Notes under the pieces: model-generated
Told to the model about the DNA's origin: nothing
Databases searched by the model: none
What the model saw: only the letters and a program-made list of their open reading frames with translations
Shown: positions 9,361 through 18,419 of the stretch, one piece after another
How positions within the stretch are numbered: position 1 is the first letter of the stretch
Layout: each line of letters opens with the position of its first letter
Made by a program: the position numbers and the translations under genes
Source: Nitrosopumilus sp.
Lineage (GTDB): Archaea; Thermoproteota; Nitrososphaeria; Nitrososphaerales; Nitrosopumilaceae
Assembly (NCBI GenBank): GCA_965219345.1
Contig: OZ244732.1
Span: 1,056,001 to 1,120,000, forward strand
DNA length: 64,000 nucleotides
Reading direction: 5' to 3'

Positions 9361-11523
9361 TTATTGTAATTCAAAAGTAGTTTCTGCAGAATTAGACGCA
9401 TCCATCACTTTGATTGTATAAATTCCAGAACCGGTTTCTTTAGGAATTATCCATGACTGATTAATTTCTCCATGACTTGTTGCTTGGGATTCCAATTCCT
9501 CTATGACTAGGCCATCTTCAGTAATAATTTCAATTTGTACAGTTTGTTGGACACCAATCACTTTGATTGAAATTGTTTTTCCAAGATGGGATGTCTTTGG
9601 ATCATCTACTTCTTCAACTGTTATTTGCATTCCTTCCTGTAATATTGATAAAACTTCAATTTCTTTTTCGGCAGAGTTTGTTCCACTTGTTGCCTTGATT
9701 ATCCAAATTCCAGGTTCTGCATCACTTGGAATTCTAAAAGAACTTTCTGAAATCTTTCCATTCTTGTCTGAGAAAGTCTCTTTTACTTTAACTTCATTTC
9801 CATTAGAATCAGTCAATGTAATAGAAAGTACAGCATTTCTCCTCTCATTTTCTATATTTCCTAAAATCAAAACAGAGTCACCAGGTAGATAATTTATCTT
9901 TGTAGTATTGATTTCAATTTGACCTAAGCCTGACTGCAGACCCACTGCAAAGATCTCGGTACTTTGAGTATTTCCCTTACTAATTATGGCTGCATATACA
10001 CCAGATGAATGTCCTTCTAGATCAAGTGAATACGTTCCTCTACCATCTGGTTGCAATGTTATGGTTTCTGCTGATCCTATTGGTTTATCAGAAGGATCAA
10101 GAATAAGCAAACTAATTACATCTGAACCTTTTCCTATGATTGAAATTGTGGCTATTTCTCCTGCTTTGTAATTCAACTTGTCTAATTCTAAGTTAATTGG
10201 AGTTGAGGGTAATTGCCCAACTCCTGCAAAAATAAATTCTTTTTCATTTTCTTGTGTTGCAATTACAGTGTATGTTCCTTTTATTGCGCTTAATTCTGTT
10301 TGAAATTCAAATTCTACAAAACCAGAATCATCAATTTGAATAATATCTGAAAAAACTTCTTTTCCACGAGGATCTTCTAATATGACTTCAACTGGCTTGT
10401 TTGGCAAGGCTGTCCCATTAAATTTCATGATTTCACCTTCTTCAAACTTCAACTTAATTGGGGCTATGATTATTACTTTATCTGATTCTACTGTCCAGTG
10501 TTTTAGTATAGTTTCTCTTCCATCAGTAATGGTTGCACTGTATTTTCCTAATGGAGTGTCCAATGCTACAATGATTGGTTCATCTAATTTCCAATTTCCT
10601 TTGGAGTCTATTTCTGCTGTTCTTGAATTGATAATTTCTCCCTCAAATGTAGCAACTTCTGCTATTATTACATTACTAGGAGTTCCTGTTCCAAAAATCT
10701 CTAAAAAGTCACCTCCATGTATAACATCTGGAATTCCTTGAATTGTAAGTTTGATATTTTCTGATTCTGGAATTATATTTTCAGCCTCTTCTATTCTGAG
10801 ACTAATCTTTTTTTCTTCCCCATCTTTGTCTTTTACTATGAAATCTACTATTTTAGCTATTTGTTCTTGAGGAATTTTCATTGTTGTTATAAAGTGACCA
10901 TTTTCATCTGTTTCAAAACTACCAATTTTTTTCGAATCTATGTAAAAATCAAATTCTTGAGATGTACCAAATCCATCTCCTGTAACCCTAATTGATGAAC
11001 CAACGTTTGGTTTTTCTGGAATTATTCTAAAGATTGATTCTGTAGACATATTTGGACCTGTGTTCTCTAAAATTTGATCTTGCTTAAGTTCTGTATTTTG
11101 AATTACTTCTGGCAGTTTTCCTGATAACACTTTACCAGTACCCAATATGTTATCTCCTTTGTCTAATGCCTTCCAATTAATTCCAGGTTTTGCTTTATCT
11201 GTTTTAACACCAAACTTAACAGATTCACCTGGTTTGATTGTTTCAGACGAAGTAAAAATTATGACTCCCAGTGGAGTTTTTTCGCCCATCCAACCTTTTT
11301 CTGTTTTAAAAGATTTGAAACTGAAATCACTTCCAAGCCAAATTCTAAAAGTATTAACCGCTTCATCGGAATCATTTGTAAATTCAATAATTGTTGTTTC
11401 TTCAAACGCAAAACTTTTGATATTAATTTCTTCTGCATTTACATTTGATGGGATTACAAAAAGTACTAATGAAAATAATAATATAATTGAAAGGAAAATT
11501 CCTCTCGTCGAGGATTTATTCAT
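9361..11523 (-). CDS. Large secreted/surface protein with repeated Ig-like beta-sandwich modules
   Basis: Signal peptide; recurrent (I/F)xIP...GxYxI motifs. Confidence 0.75.
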   Translation of the reverse strand: MNKSSTRGIFLSIILLFSLVLFVIPSNVNAEEINIKSFAFEETTIIEFTNDSDEAVNTFRIWLGSDFSFKSFKTEKGWMGEKTPLGVIIFTSSETIKPGESVKFGVKTDKAKPGINWKALDKGDNILGTGKVLSGKLPEVIQNTELKQDQILENTGPNMSTESIFRIIPEKPNVGSSIRVTGDGFGTSQEFDFYIDSKKIGSFETDENGHFITTMKIPQEQIAKIVDFIVKDKDGEEKKISLRIEEAENIIPESENIKLTIQGIPDVIHGGDFLEIFGTGTPSNVIIAEVATFEGEIINSRTAEIDSKGNWKLDEPIIVALDTPLGKYSATITDGRETILKHWTVESDKVIIIAPIKLKFEEGEIMKFNGTALPNKPVEVILEDPRGKEVFSDIIQIDDSGFVEFEFQTELSAIKGTYTVIATQENEKEFIFAGVGQLPSTPINLELDKLNYKAGEIATISIIGKGSDVISLLILDPSDKPIGSAETITLQPDGRGTYSLDLEGHSSGVYAAIISKGNTQSTEIFAVGLQSGLGQIEINTTKINYLPGDSVLILGNIENERRNAVLSITLTDSNGNEVKVKETFSDKNGKISESSFRIPSDAEPGIWIIKATSGTNSAEKEIEVLSILQEGMQITVEEVDDPKTSHLGKTISIKVIGVQQTVQIEIITEDGLVIEELESQATSHGEINQSWIIPKETGSGIYTIKVMDASNSAETTFELQ

Positions 11524-11621
11524 GTAATTCAGCCTAATCATCTCTCACTTAAACCTTGAAGACTTTTTCCCAATCTTCTATTTCTTAGTTCAGTATTTTT
11601 CATGAGAAACCTTCTTAAATC

Positions 11622-13715
11622 TTAAGCCTTAGCCTTTTGAAATTTAGCTAGGTCTTGTTTTTTAACTACATTTTGATATTGTCTAATTCTTTCAGCAATT
11701 AATCTATATAATGATCTGAATTGGTCTTTAGTTTTGTCTGATAGAAAACTAGTCTCTTCGAGTGCAATTTTTTCACATATGTATCTGGTGATCTCTACAT
11801 AGTCAAATTCTCCCCAATCGTCTTCTCTATGCTCTTCCCAAATCTTTCTCAATTTGCCTAAGATTCCTTTACTTTCTTTAGAAGCAACATCTTGAGGTGC
11901 AAGATTTGAAAATCCCTCATGCCTCAACTTTATTTCATAAGTCTGATTTACTACATGTAAATAATCTTCAAGAACGATATAATCTTCAATTGATTCTATC
12001 TTTTTTCCTTCTCTCTCAAAGAAGATGGTCTGAATTGATGAGAATTCATTTGAGACTAACTGGGCCGAAATTTGCTTGGATTCTTCAGTATTATCTAATA
12101 AAATAAATGTCCTGTAGCCATGATTTCTGTAAAATATTGCTAAAGGTAAAACTGAATTTTTGTTGTATGCAGTAACAACATTGAGAGGATTCATTGATAT
12201 ATTTGGATCTTGTAAGAATTTGTCAAAGGCATTTAGATACATTGAATCAGACATTGTCTCTACAATAATTACTGGTCTGGAGTTTGTTCCAATCTCTCTG
12301 TCTACAATAGATTCAACCTGACCTCTAGACAGTCCATACAAAATTGGTGTTAACGTCTTATCATCCGCATTCCAATAATCATAAAAGATTCTGCTGAGGT
12401 GTTTTCTCTTGTCTAACTCAACAACAAGAAGGTTGCCTGGAGTATAGTCAAAGATCATAAATGGTGAATGTGTTGCATACAATACTTGGTTAGAACCAGC
12501 TAAATTTTTTAATAAATCTGAAATTCCCATTTGTTGTGTAGGATGAAGATTTCTCGCAGGCTCATCTAAAAGTAATATTGCTTCTTTTAATTCTGATCTT
12601 TGTGTTTCAGCTGTAAAGTTTACAATAAAAGAAAATGTCCACTTAAAACCTTCTGCCCTTCTATTTAACAATCCTGTATTTGTAATTGTTCCATCTCTGT
12701 GAACATCTGAAATTACAACACTCAGGATATTTCCTGGATTATATCTCAAGTCTACATGGATTGGATCTCCTTTCCATGTTGGATTCAATCTACGAGTCAA
12801 TCTATTACCTGCAGTATTAAGAAGTTTGATACATTTTGAAGGACTATCTTTTACTTCATCTAATTCTTTCAGATCTAATTCAGCTAGATAGAATAGATTT
12901 CTTACTGTCTCTGCTTTGTCAAATTCTTCAACATATTCAATTGAATTCGTTCTTTCTCCTTTCTCTTCTTTGATATACTCATTAAGATTGATATTGCCAT
13001 AGATTTTTTTATAATCTGAAAAATAAACAAATCTTGGATGTAGTTCAGCTGCAATAAAATTTTGTAATGTTGTTTTTTGACTTTCACCACTTAGAAGATT
13101 AGAAAATTGGTTTTCTGGGCTTTCATAAATTTTTTCCCATTCCTCAATGACTTTGGGTTCTTGAATGGCTATTACATGGAATTGATTACTAAATTCTGCC
13201 ATTTCACTATCAAATGCTTCTTGATTCTTTGGAACTGATCCCTCAAAGAATTTTGTATCAATCAATATTCTGAGATGGTTTGGAATAGTATCTAAAAATC
13301 CAAGAATTTGCTTTGAGAAATTTTCCCACGAATTGAGTCCTTCATCTTCATCTTCACTAAGTTCAAGATTTTCAAATTCGTATTGAACAGTTGGATTCCG
13401 ATTTGTTCTAAATAATTTGATTTTTTTTATTTCTGGTATCCCCGAAAATTTTTCTTTTATTAAACCAATTTCATTTTGATTTAGTTCAAATTCTCCTTCT
13501 GCCAATCTAATCTCATCTTTGAGCTCTTCATCCATTTCGTCACAAAGATCTAGTTCTGAAACTTGTTCATCAATATTCAACAAGGTTAATGCCTGAAGAA
13601 TAGTAGTCTTCCCACTTTCATTTCTTCCAATAAAAGCTGCTAAATCACCAACTGTTATTTCCCCAGAATCATGAATACAACGATATGCTCTAACTCTAAA
13701 TTTTCTAAGTCGCAT
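11622..13715 (-). CDS. OLD-like ABC ATPase with degenerate C-terminal Toprim region
   Basis: Walker A GRNESGKT, Walker B LLDEP, THSPF switch; IIVETMSD Toprim-like segment. Confidence 0.75.
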   Translation of the reverse strand: MRLRKFRVRAYRCIHDSGEITVGDLAAFIGRNESGKTTILQALTLLNIDEQVSELDLCDEMDEELKDEIRLAEGEFELNQNEIGLIKEKFSGIPEIKKIKLFRTNRNPTVQYEFENLELSEDEDEGLNSWENFSKQILGFLDTIPNHLRILIDTKFFEGSVPKNQEAFDSEMAEFSNQFHVIAIQEPKVIEEWEKIYESPENQFSNLLSGESQKTTLQNFIAAELHPRFVYFSDYKKIYGNINLNEYIKEEKGERTNSIEYVEEFDKAETVRNLFYLAELDLKELDEVKDSPSKCIKLLNTAGNRLTRRLNPTWKGDPIHVDLRYNPGNILSVVISDVHRDGTITNTGLLNRRAEGFKWTFSFIVNFTAETQRSELKEAILLLDEPARNLHPTQQMGISDLLKNLAGSNQVLYATHSPFMIFDYTPGNLLVVELDKRKHLSRIFYDYWNADDKTLTPILYGLSRGQVESIVDREIGTNSRPVIIVETMSDSMYLNAFDKFLQDPNISMNPLNVVTAYNKNSVLPLAIFYRNHGYRTFILLDNTEESKQISAQLVSNEFSSIQTIFFEREGKKIESIEDYIVLEDYLHVVNQTYEIKLRHEGFSNLAPQDVASKESKGILGKLRKIWEEHREDDWGEFDYVEITRYICEKIALEETSFLSDKTKDQFRSLYRLIAERIRQYQNVVKKQDLAKFQKAKA

Positions 13716-13823
13716 CTAGCGATATTTGGCTGGCTACGATTTAACTCATTCGTCAAATTGATCTTATGTTTTCATAAAATTTTTTCAAATAGATTATAAG
13801 GGAATCATAGATTTTAAAACAAA

Positions 13824-14288
13824 ATGGCAACTAAAAAAGTTCTTGTTGTATTTGTATTACCTGTAATTTTTTCACTAATTTTTGGTTCTGCAGTAATGGC
13901 TGACATTCTCCAGAAACCAGATAGAGAATTAAACATGTGGCCAATATCTACCTCGGAAGGATTTTCCTCTAATAATGCTCAAATTGAAATCATTGGTTTA
14001 TTGAAACAATATTCCACTTCAGAACATATAGAAATTCAAGTCAAAATTGATGATTCTTCATTTAATTGTGGAGATCTTTATGTTACCATTTATTCAATTG
14101 GGAGAAATGATGTGATTAATCAAAATGGATTCTTTGAACAATGCTTTGAAAAAGGAAGTAAAATTCTTCCTGTTGGAGATGAGTTCTCAAAAGTAATTGA
14201 TACCCCAGGTTCTTATGAAATAGTCGTGGAAATAGTTTCAAAAAAACTCATGAATATCTCAACAAGTGAGGTATTTACTGTTAAATAG
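13824..14288 (+). CDS. Hypothetical membrane-anchored/secreted protein
   Basis: N-terminal hydrophobic helix followed by a beta-rich domain. Confidence 0.7.
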   Translation: MATKKVLVVFVLPVIFSLIFGSAVMADILQKPDRELNMWPISTSEGFSSNNAQIEIIGLLKQYSTSEHIEIQVKIDDSSFNCGDLYVTIYSIGRNDVINQNGFFEQCFEKGSKILPVGDEFSKVIDTPGSYEIVVEIVSKKLMNISTSEVFTVK

Positions 14289-14340
14289 GAATGGATTATT
14301 GAATGATAAATAATAAATTGAATTTAAAAAGTGAGGTGAC

Positions 14341-15342
14341 TTGATGGCAAAGAAAAAAGACTCTCTAATTGATGAAGCAGAAAAAATTAAAGCAGAACTT
14401 GATGAACTAAAAAAGAAAAAGAAAATTTTAGATCTATCTCTGGCAAAGAAAACAACCAAGAAAACGACAAAGAAAGTTGAGGCAAAACCAGCAAAGAAAA
14501 CGACAAAGAAAGTTGAGGCAAAACCAGCAAAGAAAACGACAAAGAAAGTTGAGGCAAAACCAGCAAAGAAAACGACAAAGAAAGTTGAGGCAAAACCAGC
14601 AAAGAAAACGACAAAGAAAGTTGAGGCAAAACCAGCAAAGAAAACGACAAAGAAAGTTGAGGCAAAACCAGCAAAGAAAACGACAAAGAAAGTTGAGGCA
14701 AAACCAGCAAAGAAAACGACAAAGAAAGTTGAGGCAAAACCAGCAAAGAAAACGACAAAGAAAGTTGAGGCAAAACCAGCAAAGAAAACGACAAAGAAAG
14801 TTGAGGCAAAACCAGCAAAGAAAACGACAAAGAAAGTTGAGGCAAAACCAGAAAAAGTAAAAAAATTAACTAAAAAAGAGTTAGAAGAAGCTAAAAAGGA
14901 AGCTGAAAAAACATTAGAAGAAGAATTAGAAGAACAACTTTCTGATGAAGAAATTGAAAACTTCCAAATTGAGAAAGTTGACATGGAAAGACTCACTAAC
15001 AAAGTTTGTGATATTTTAGCAGAACGTGAATCAGATGGAATGTTTCAAAGTGAATTGTGGAAAAAACTTAAACTTACAAGTCGTGATGGTTCTCGTTTAG
15101 CATTAAAACTAGAACGAATGGGAACAATTACTAGAGAAAAACTTCTTGAGAAGGGTCGTTGGACTTACAAATTAATTTTAAAGAAAACCCCAATTAGTAC
15201 ACAATCAATCGAAAATGCTCCTTGCTTGGTTTGTCCTGTTGAACAGAAGTGTTCACTTGAAGGTGAAATTAGCCCAAGAAATTGTCAATTTATTGAAGAT
15301 TGGGTAATTGCTGAAATGAAAAAACCTGTGAAGTCTAAATGA
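14341..15342 (+). CDS. RPC34-like (TFE-beta) winged-helix/Fe-S transcription factor with Lys-rich repeat N-terminus
   Basis: QSELWKKLKL...LERMG wHTH; C-terminal PCLVC-x5-C-x10-C...W cluster motif. Confidence 0.75.
   Translation: MMAKKKDSLIDEAEKIKAELDELKKKKKILDLSLAKKTTKKTTKKVEAKPAKKTTKKVEAKPAKKTTKKVEAKPAKKTTKKVEAKPAKKTTKKVEAKPAKKTTKKVEAKPAKKTTKKVEAKPAKKTTKKVEAKPAKKTTKKVEAKPAKKTTKKVEAKPAKKTTKKVEAKPEKVKKLTKKELEEAKKEAEKTLEEELEEQLSDEEIENFQIEKVDMERLTNKVCDILAERESDGMFQSELWKKLKLTSRDGSRLALKLERMGTITREKLLEKGRWTYKLILKKTPISTQSIENAPCLVCPVEQKCSLEGEISPRNCQFIEDWVIAEMKKPVKSK
14458..14850 (+). repeat. Coding tandem repeat, 36 bp x 11 (KKTTKKVEAKPA)
   Basis: AAAACGACAAAGAAAGTTGAGGCAAAACCAGCAAAG repeated perfectly; in register at 14461, 14641 and 14821. 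Confidence 0.97.
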
Positions 15343-15932
15343 AACTATTAGATGCTCGTAAAGATCATTATCGGAAATTAGCACATGAACAAGGTTTTCG
15401 AAGCAGAGCTGCATTCAAACTCAAAGAACTAAATCAGTCTTATCGTATAATTGGTCCTGGATTTAATGTTCTTGATTTAGGATGTGCTCCTGGAGGATGG
15501 ACTCAGATGGCTGTAAAATTAGCAGGTAACCAAGGTAAGGTCATGGGAATTGATTTATCTTATGTTGAAGAGATTCCTGGTGCCTATATTATTAGAGAAA
15601 ATATTGAGGATGAGCATGTGATTGATGAGATTATGTCGTATTTTGAGCGTAAAGTTAATGCTGTAATTTGTGATCTTTCTCCTAAGGTTAGCGGAAATTG
15701 GTCAGTTGATCATGCTAAACAAGTTTCTCTGAATTATGATTGTACAAAAATTATGGATAAAGTTTTAGCAAACAAAGGAAATGCTGTATTCAAAGTTTTT
15801 GATGGTGAATACTCGATGGAGTTTATAGATTATGTAAAGAAGAAATTTTCTAGGATAAATCTTACAAAACCTAAAGCCAGTAGAAAACAAAGTAGTGAAC
15901 TATACTGTGTTTGTCTGGGTTTTACTGGATAG
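15339..15932 (+). CDS. rlmE: 23S rRNA Um2552 2'-O-methyltransferase (RlmE/FtsJ)
   Basis: RSRAAFKL, DLGCAPGGW and KPKASR..SSELY motifs. Confidence 0.95.
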   Translation: MKLLDARKDHYRKLAHEQGFRSRAAFKLKELNQSYRIIGPGFNVLDLGCAPGGWTQMAVKLAGNQGKVMGIDLSYVEEIPGAYIIRENIEDEHVIDEIMSYFERKVNAVICDLSPKVSGNWSVDHAKQVSLNYDCTKIMDKVLANKGNAVFKVFDGEYSMEFIDYVKKKFSRINLTKPKASRKQSSELYCVCLGFTG

Positions 15933-17070
15933 TCTGAAATATTTTAATTATTTCATTTATTTTTGCGTCAGTCTTAAATCCTGTTGGACTAAATGATGTG
16001 ACACTTGCCACAAAGTTGTTTTTTTGTAAATTTGATATTGCATTTTCTAATTTTGGAGGGGATGATTTCATTTTAGATGCAACCTCATCCAGTGTGAAAT
16101 ATGTTCCTGGCATTTCTGATTCTTCAAGACATTTGTGAAGTGTTTTTTCACAAACTTTGTCTACTTGTAAATTTGTAATTTCTAAAATCATGTTTTCAAT
16201 AAATCCTTTGTTGAAAATTTTTCCAATCCATAAAGGTCCTGCAATACTAATTTTTAATCTACATAATTCACATACTTGTTCCTGCTCTAATGAAATTTTT
16301 CTATGTCCACAATTTTTACAATGCAGAATATACCCGATGTTTTCTTGCAGATCTCGTCTGTTTTGAACTTTAACATATATTCTATAGTAATGCATGTCAC
16401 TTTCGACAAACATAGGAAGTATTTCAACTCCTAATCGTGCTGCTACCAATCTTAGGGAACCAAGAATTAATCTAATTGCAATTTCATTTCCATATTCAGT
16501 TCTTACTGGAATTCCACCGTACTTTCTCTTGCACGCTCCTTGAAAGAGTCCATTTAGAACTTGAAGATCTGTAGCTGCTGTTGATAAAATTCCTCCATGC
16601 ATAGTTGCTCTTATACCACAGTCAAAAAATGCTGCAGGAGAGCCGAATGGATCTATGTCTACAATTGAGCCTCTCTCGCCTTTTTTTGAATAATTACTCA
16701 AAAATCTACAAACCTCTTTTTCAGAAAATTCAATATTGCTTAGATTGTTCAATTTAGCTGAATATTGAGCAATTTTTAGAGCCGTTGGATTTAGATCATT
16801 GATTACTATATTTTCAACTTTTAACTCATTAGCAACTCGTAATCCTCTTGCACCGATCCCTGACAATCCTTCCAAGAAAATCTTTGGGCCCTGAAAATTT
16901 TTTAGAAATGCAGCATATGCAATTACTGAAAAATCTCTATTCAATTTTGCTTTTGGATTGAAAAATGCTGGTTTTTTTGGTGGAACTTTTTCTGTAATTG
17001 ATTTTTTTGGGACAAGTATCTTTGTTTTACCCTCTATGATCTCTTGAAAAGATTCATTTGGAATTTCCAA
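15922..17070 (-). CDS. trm1: tRNA (guanine26-N2,N2)-dimethyltransferase
   Basis: FFNP...NRD, DIDPFGSP, Zn finger and GPLW motifs. Confidence 0.95.
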   Translation of the reverse strand: MEIPNESFQEIIEGKTKILVPKKSITEKVPPKKPAFFNPKAKLNRDFSVIAYAAFLKNFQGPKIFLEGLSGIGARGLRVANELKVENIVINDLNPTALKIAQYSAKLNNLSNIEFSEKEVCRFLSNYSKKGERGSIVDIDPFGSPAAFFDCGIRATMHGGILSTAATDLQVLNGLFQGACKRKYGGIPVRTEYGNEIAIRLILGSLRLVAARLGVEILPMFVESDMHYYRIYVKVQNRRDLQENIGYILHCKNCGHRKISLEQEQVCELCRLKISIAGPLWIGKIFNKGFIENMILEITNLQVDKVCEKTLHKCLEESEMPGTYFTLDEVASKMKSSPPKLENAISNLQKNNFVASVTSFSPTGFKTDAKINEIIKIFQTIQ

Positions 17071-17129
17071 TTATTTTCTGTTTTTCTTAGTGTATAACGG
17101 TTTAATACTTGTGCTTTGAGACAAAATTC

Positions 17130-17744
17130 GTGCAAATTTGTGGTATTGATGAAGCTGGACGTGGTTCCATGTTAGGACCATTAGTAATAGCTGGAATTTC
17201 CTTGGATAAAAAAAATTTAAGAAAACTATCCTCAATAGGAGTAAAAGATTCAAAAAAACTTTCCCCTAAATTACGTGAAGATCTTTACAAAAAAATTATT
17301 GAGATTGCTGATGATTATTACATTACAAAAATTTCTCCAAGATCTATTGATGCCAGTGTTAGGAAACATCGTCTAAATGGTTTAGAAGCAAAATATATGG
17401 CCAAAGTTGTTTCAAAACTAAACCCAAACACATCATATGTTGATTCATGTGATGTAAATCCAAGAAGATTTGGAAAAGAAATATCCAAACTATCTGATAA
17501 TCATAAAATCAAATCATATCATCATGCAGATAGCAGGTTTGTAGTAGTTTCTGCTGCATCCATTCTTGCAAAGGTTACACGAGATAGAACAATTGCAAAG
17601 TTAAGAAAAAATCATAATTTGGGAAGTGGTTATCCTTCAGATTTACTAAGTGTGAAATTTGTGACTAAATATTACAAAATTAACCATGTTATGCCAAGTT
17701 TTGTACGTAAAAGCTGGAAGCCTATTCAGCGAATCCTGAAATAA
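17130..17744 (+). CDS. rnhB: Ribonuclease HII
   Basis: GIDEAGRG, KDSKKL, SAASILAKV and GSGYPSD motifs. Confidence 0.95.
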   Translation: MQICGIDEAGRGSMLGPLVIAGISLDKKNLRKLSSIGVKDSKKLSPKLREDLYKKIIEIADDYYITKISPRSIDASVRKHRLNGLEAKYMAKVVSKLNPNTSYVDSCDVNPRRFGKEISKLSDNHKIKSYHHADSRFVVVSAASILAKVTRDRTIAKLRKNHNLGSGYPSDLLSVKFVTKYYKINHVMPSFVRKSWKPIQRILK

Positions 17745-18419
17745 TTATCCTCTATACTTTGCAATTACCATTGCATGATCTTTGTCATATGGATGCAAAT
17801 CTATCAACTGTAAAATATCAAAATTTGTTTTCAATTTCTCTACTTCTTCCTCAATAATTTTTTTCGGAGATTTTGTAACATCAATACTTCTTGTTTTAAT
17901 GACTAAAAAGAAGTATCCGCCATTTTTTAGAAACAAATTACAATTATCTATGGCAATTTTTGTTTGGTCAGGTTGAGCTATATCTACATAGACTACATCT
18001 ATTTTACCAAATACAGGGAAGTATTCCTTAGGTTTTCTAGCATCCTGAAGAATTGGAATGATATTTGTTCTAAGTGCTGCTACCCTATCTAAAAAATCTC
18101 TTGCAACTCTACTTGCATGTTCAACACTAAACACTATTCCACTTGGACCAACAATATCTGAAATGTGACTTACAGTTGTTCCAGTTGATGCACCAAGATA
18201 AAGAACTTTGGTTTTATTTCCAAAAGGAAATTCCCTAAGTTCATTCATTATAGATGCTGCTAATTTACTTCTAAATGGATCCCATAATCTGTACTCGATT
18301 CCTTTTTTAATGATTAGTTTTTCTTTGTATACCTGATTCCCCGGAACCAAATTTTCAGTAGCTAGTTTTTTTTCGCCTTCTGATTTAATCCAGAAAAATG
18401 ATTGGTTATCTTCTTCCAA
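17745..18419 (-). CDS. flpA: Fibrillarin (box C/D RNP 2'-O-methyltransferase)
   Basis: YRLWDPFRSKLAA, VLYLGASTGTT, DARKP and DIAQPDQ motifs; probable TTG start at 18419 overlapping the nop5 end. Confidence 0.93.
   Translation of the reverse strand: MEEDNQSFFWIKSEGEKKLATENLVPGNQVYKEKLIIKKGIEYRLWDPFRSKLAASIMNELREFPFGNKTKVLYLGASTGTTVSHISDIVGPSGIVFSVEHASRVARDFLDRVAALRTNIIPILQDARKPKEYFPVFGKIDVVYVDIAQPDQTKIAIDNCNLFLKNGGYFFLVIKTRSIDVTKSPKKIIEEEVEKLKTNFDILQLIDLHPYDKDHAMVIAKYRG

Noticed and set aside
9503-11527. Multiple plus-strand ORFs opposite the surface protein gene (and similar antisense ORFs elsewhere)
   Set aside because: Antisense shadows of well-supported genes, with no motifs.
14259-15002. 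Long antisense and alternate-frame ORFs (FFAGFASTFFVV..., RQNQQRK...)
   Set aside because: Shadows of the 36-bp coding repeat, which lacks stop codons in several frames.
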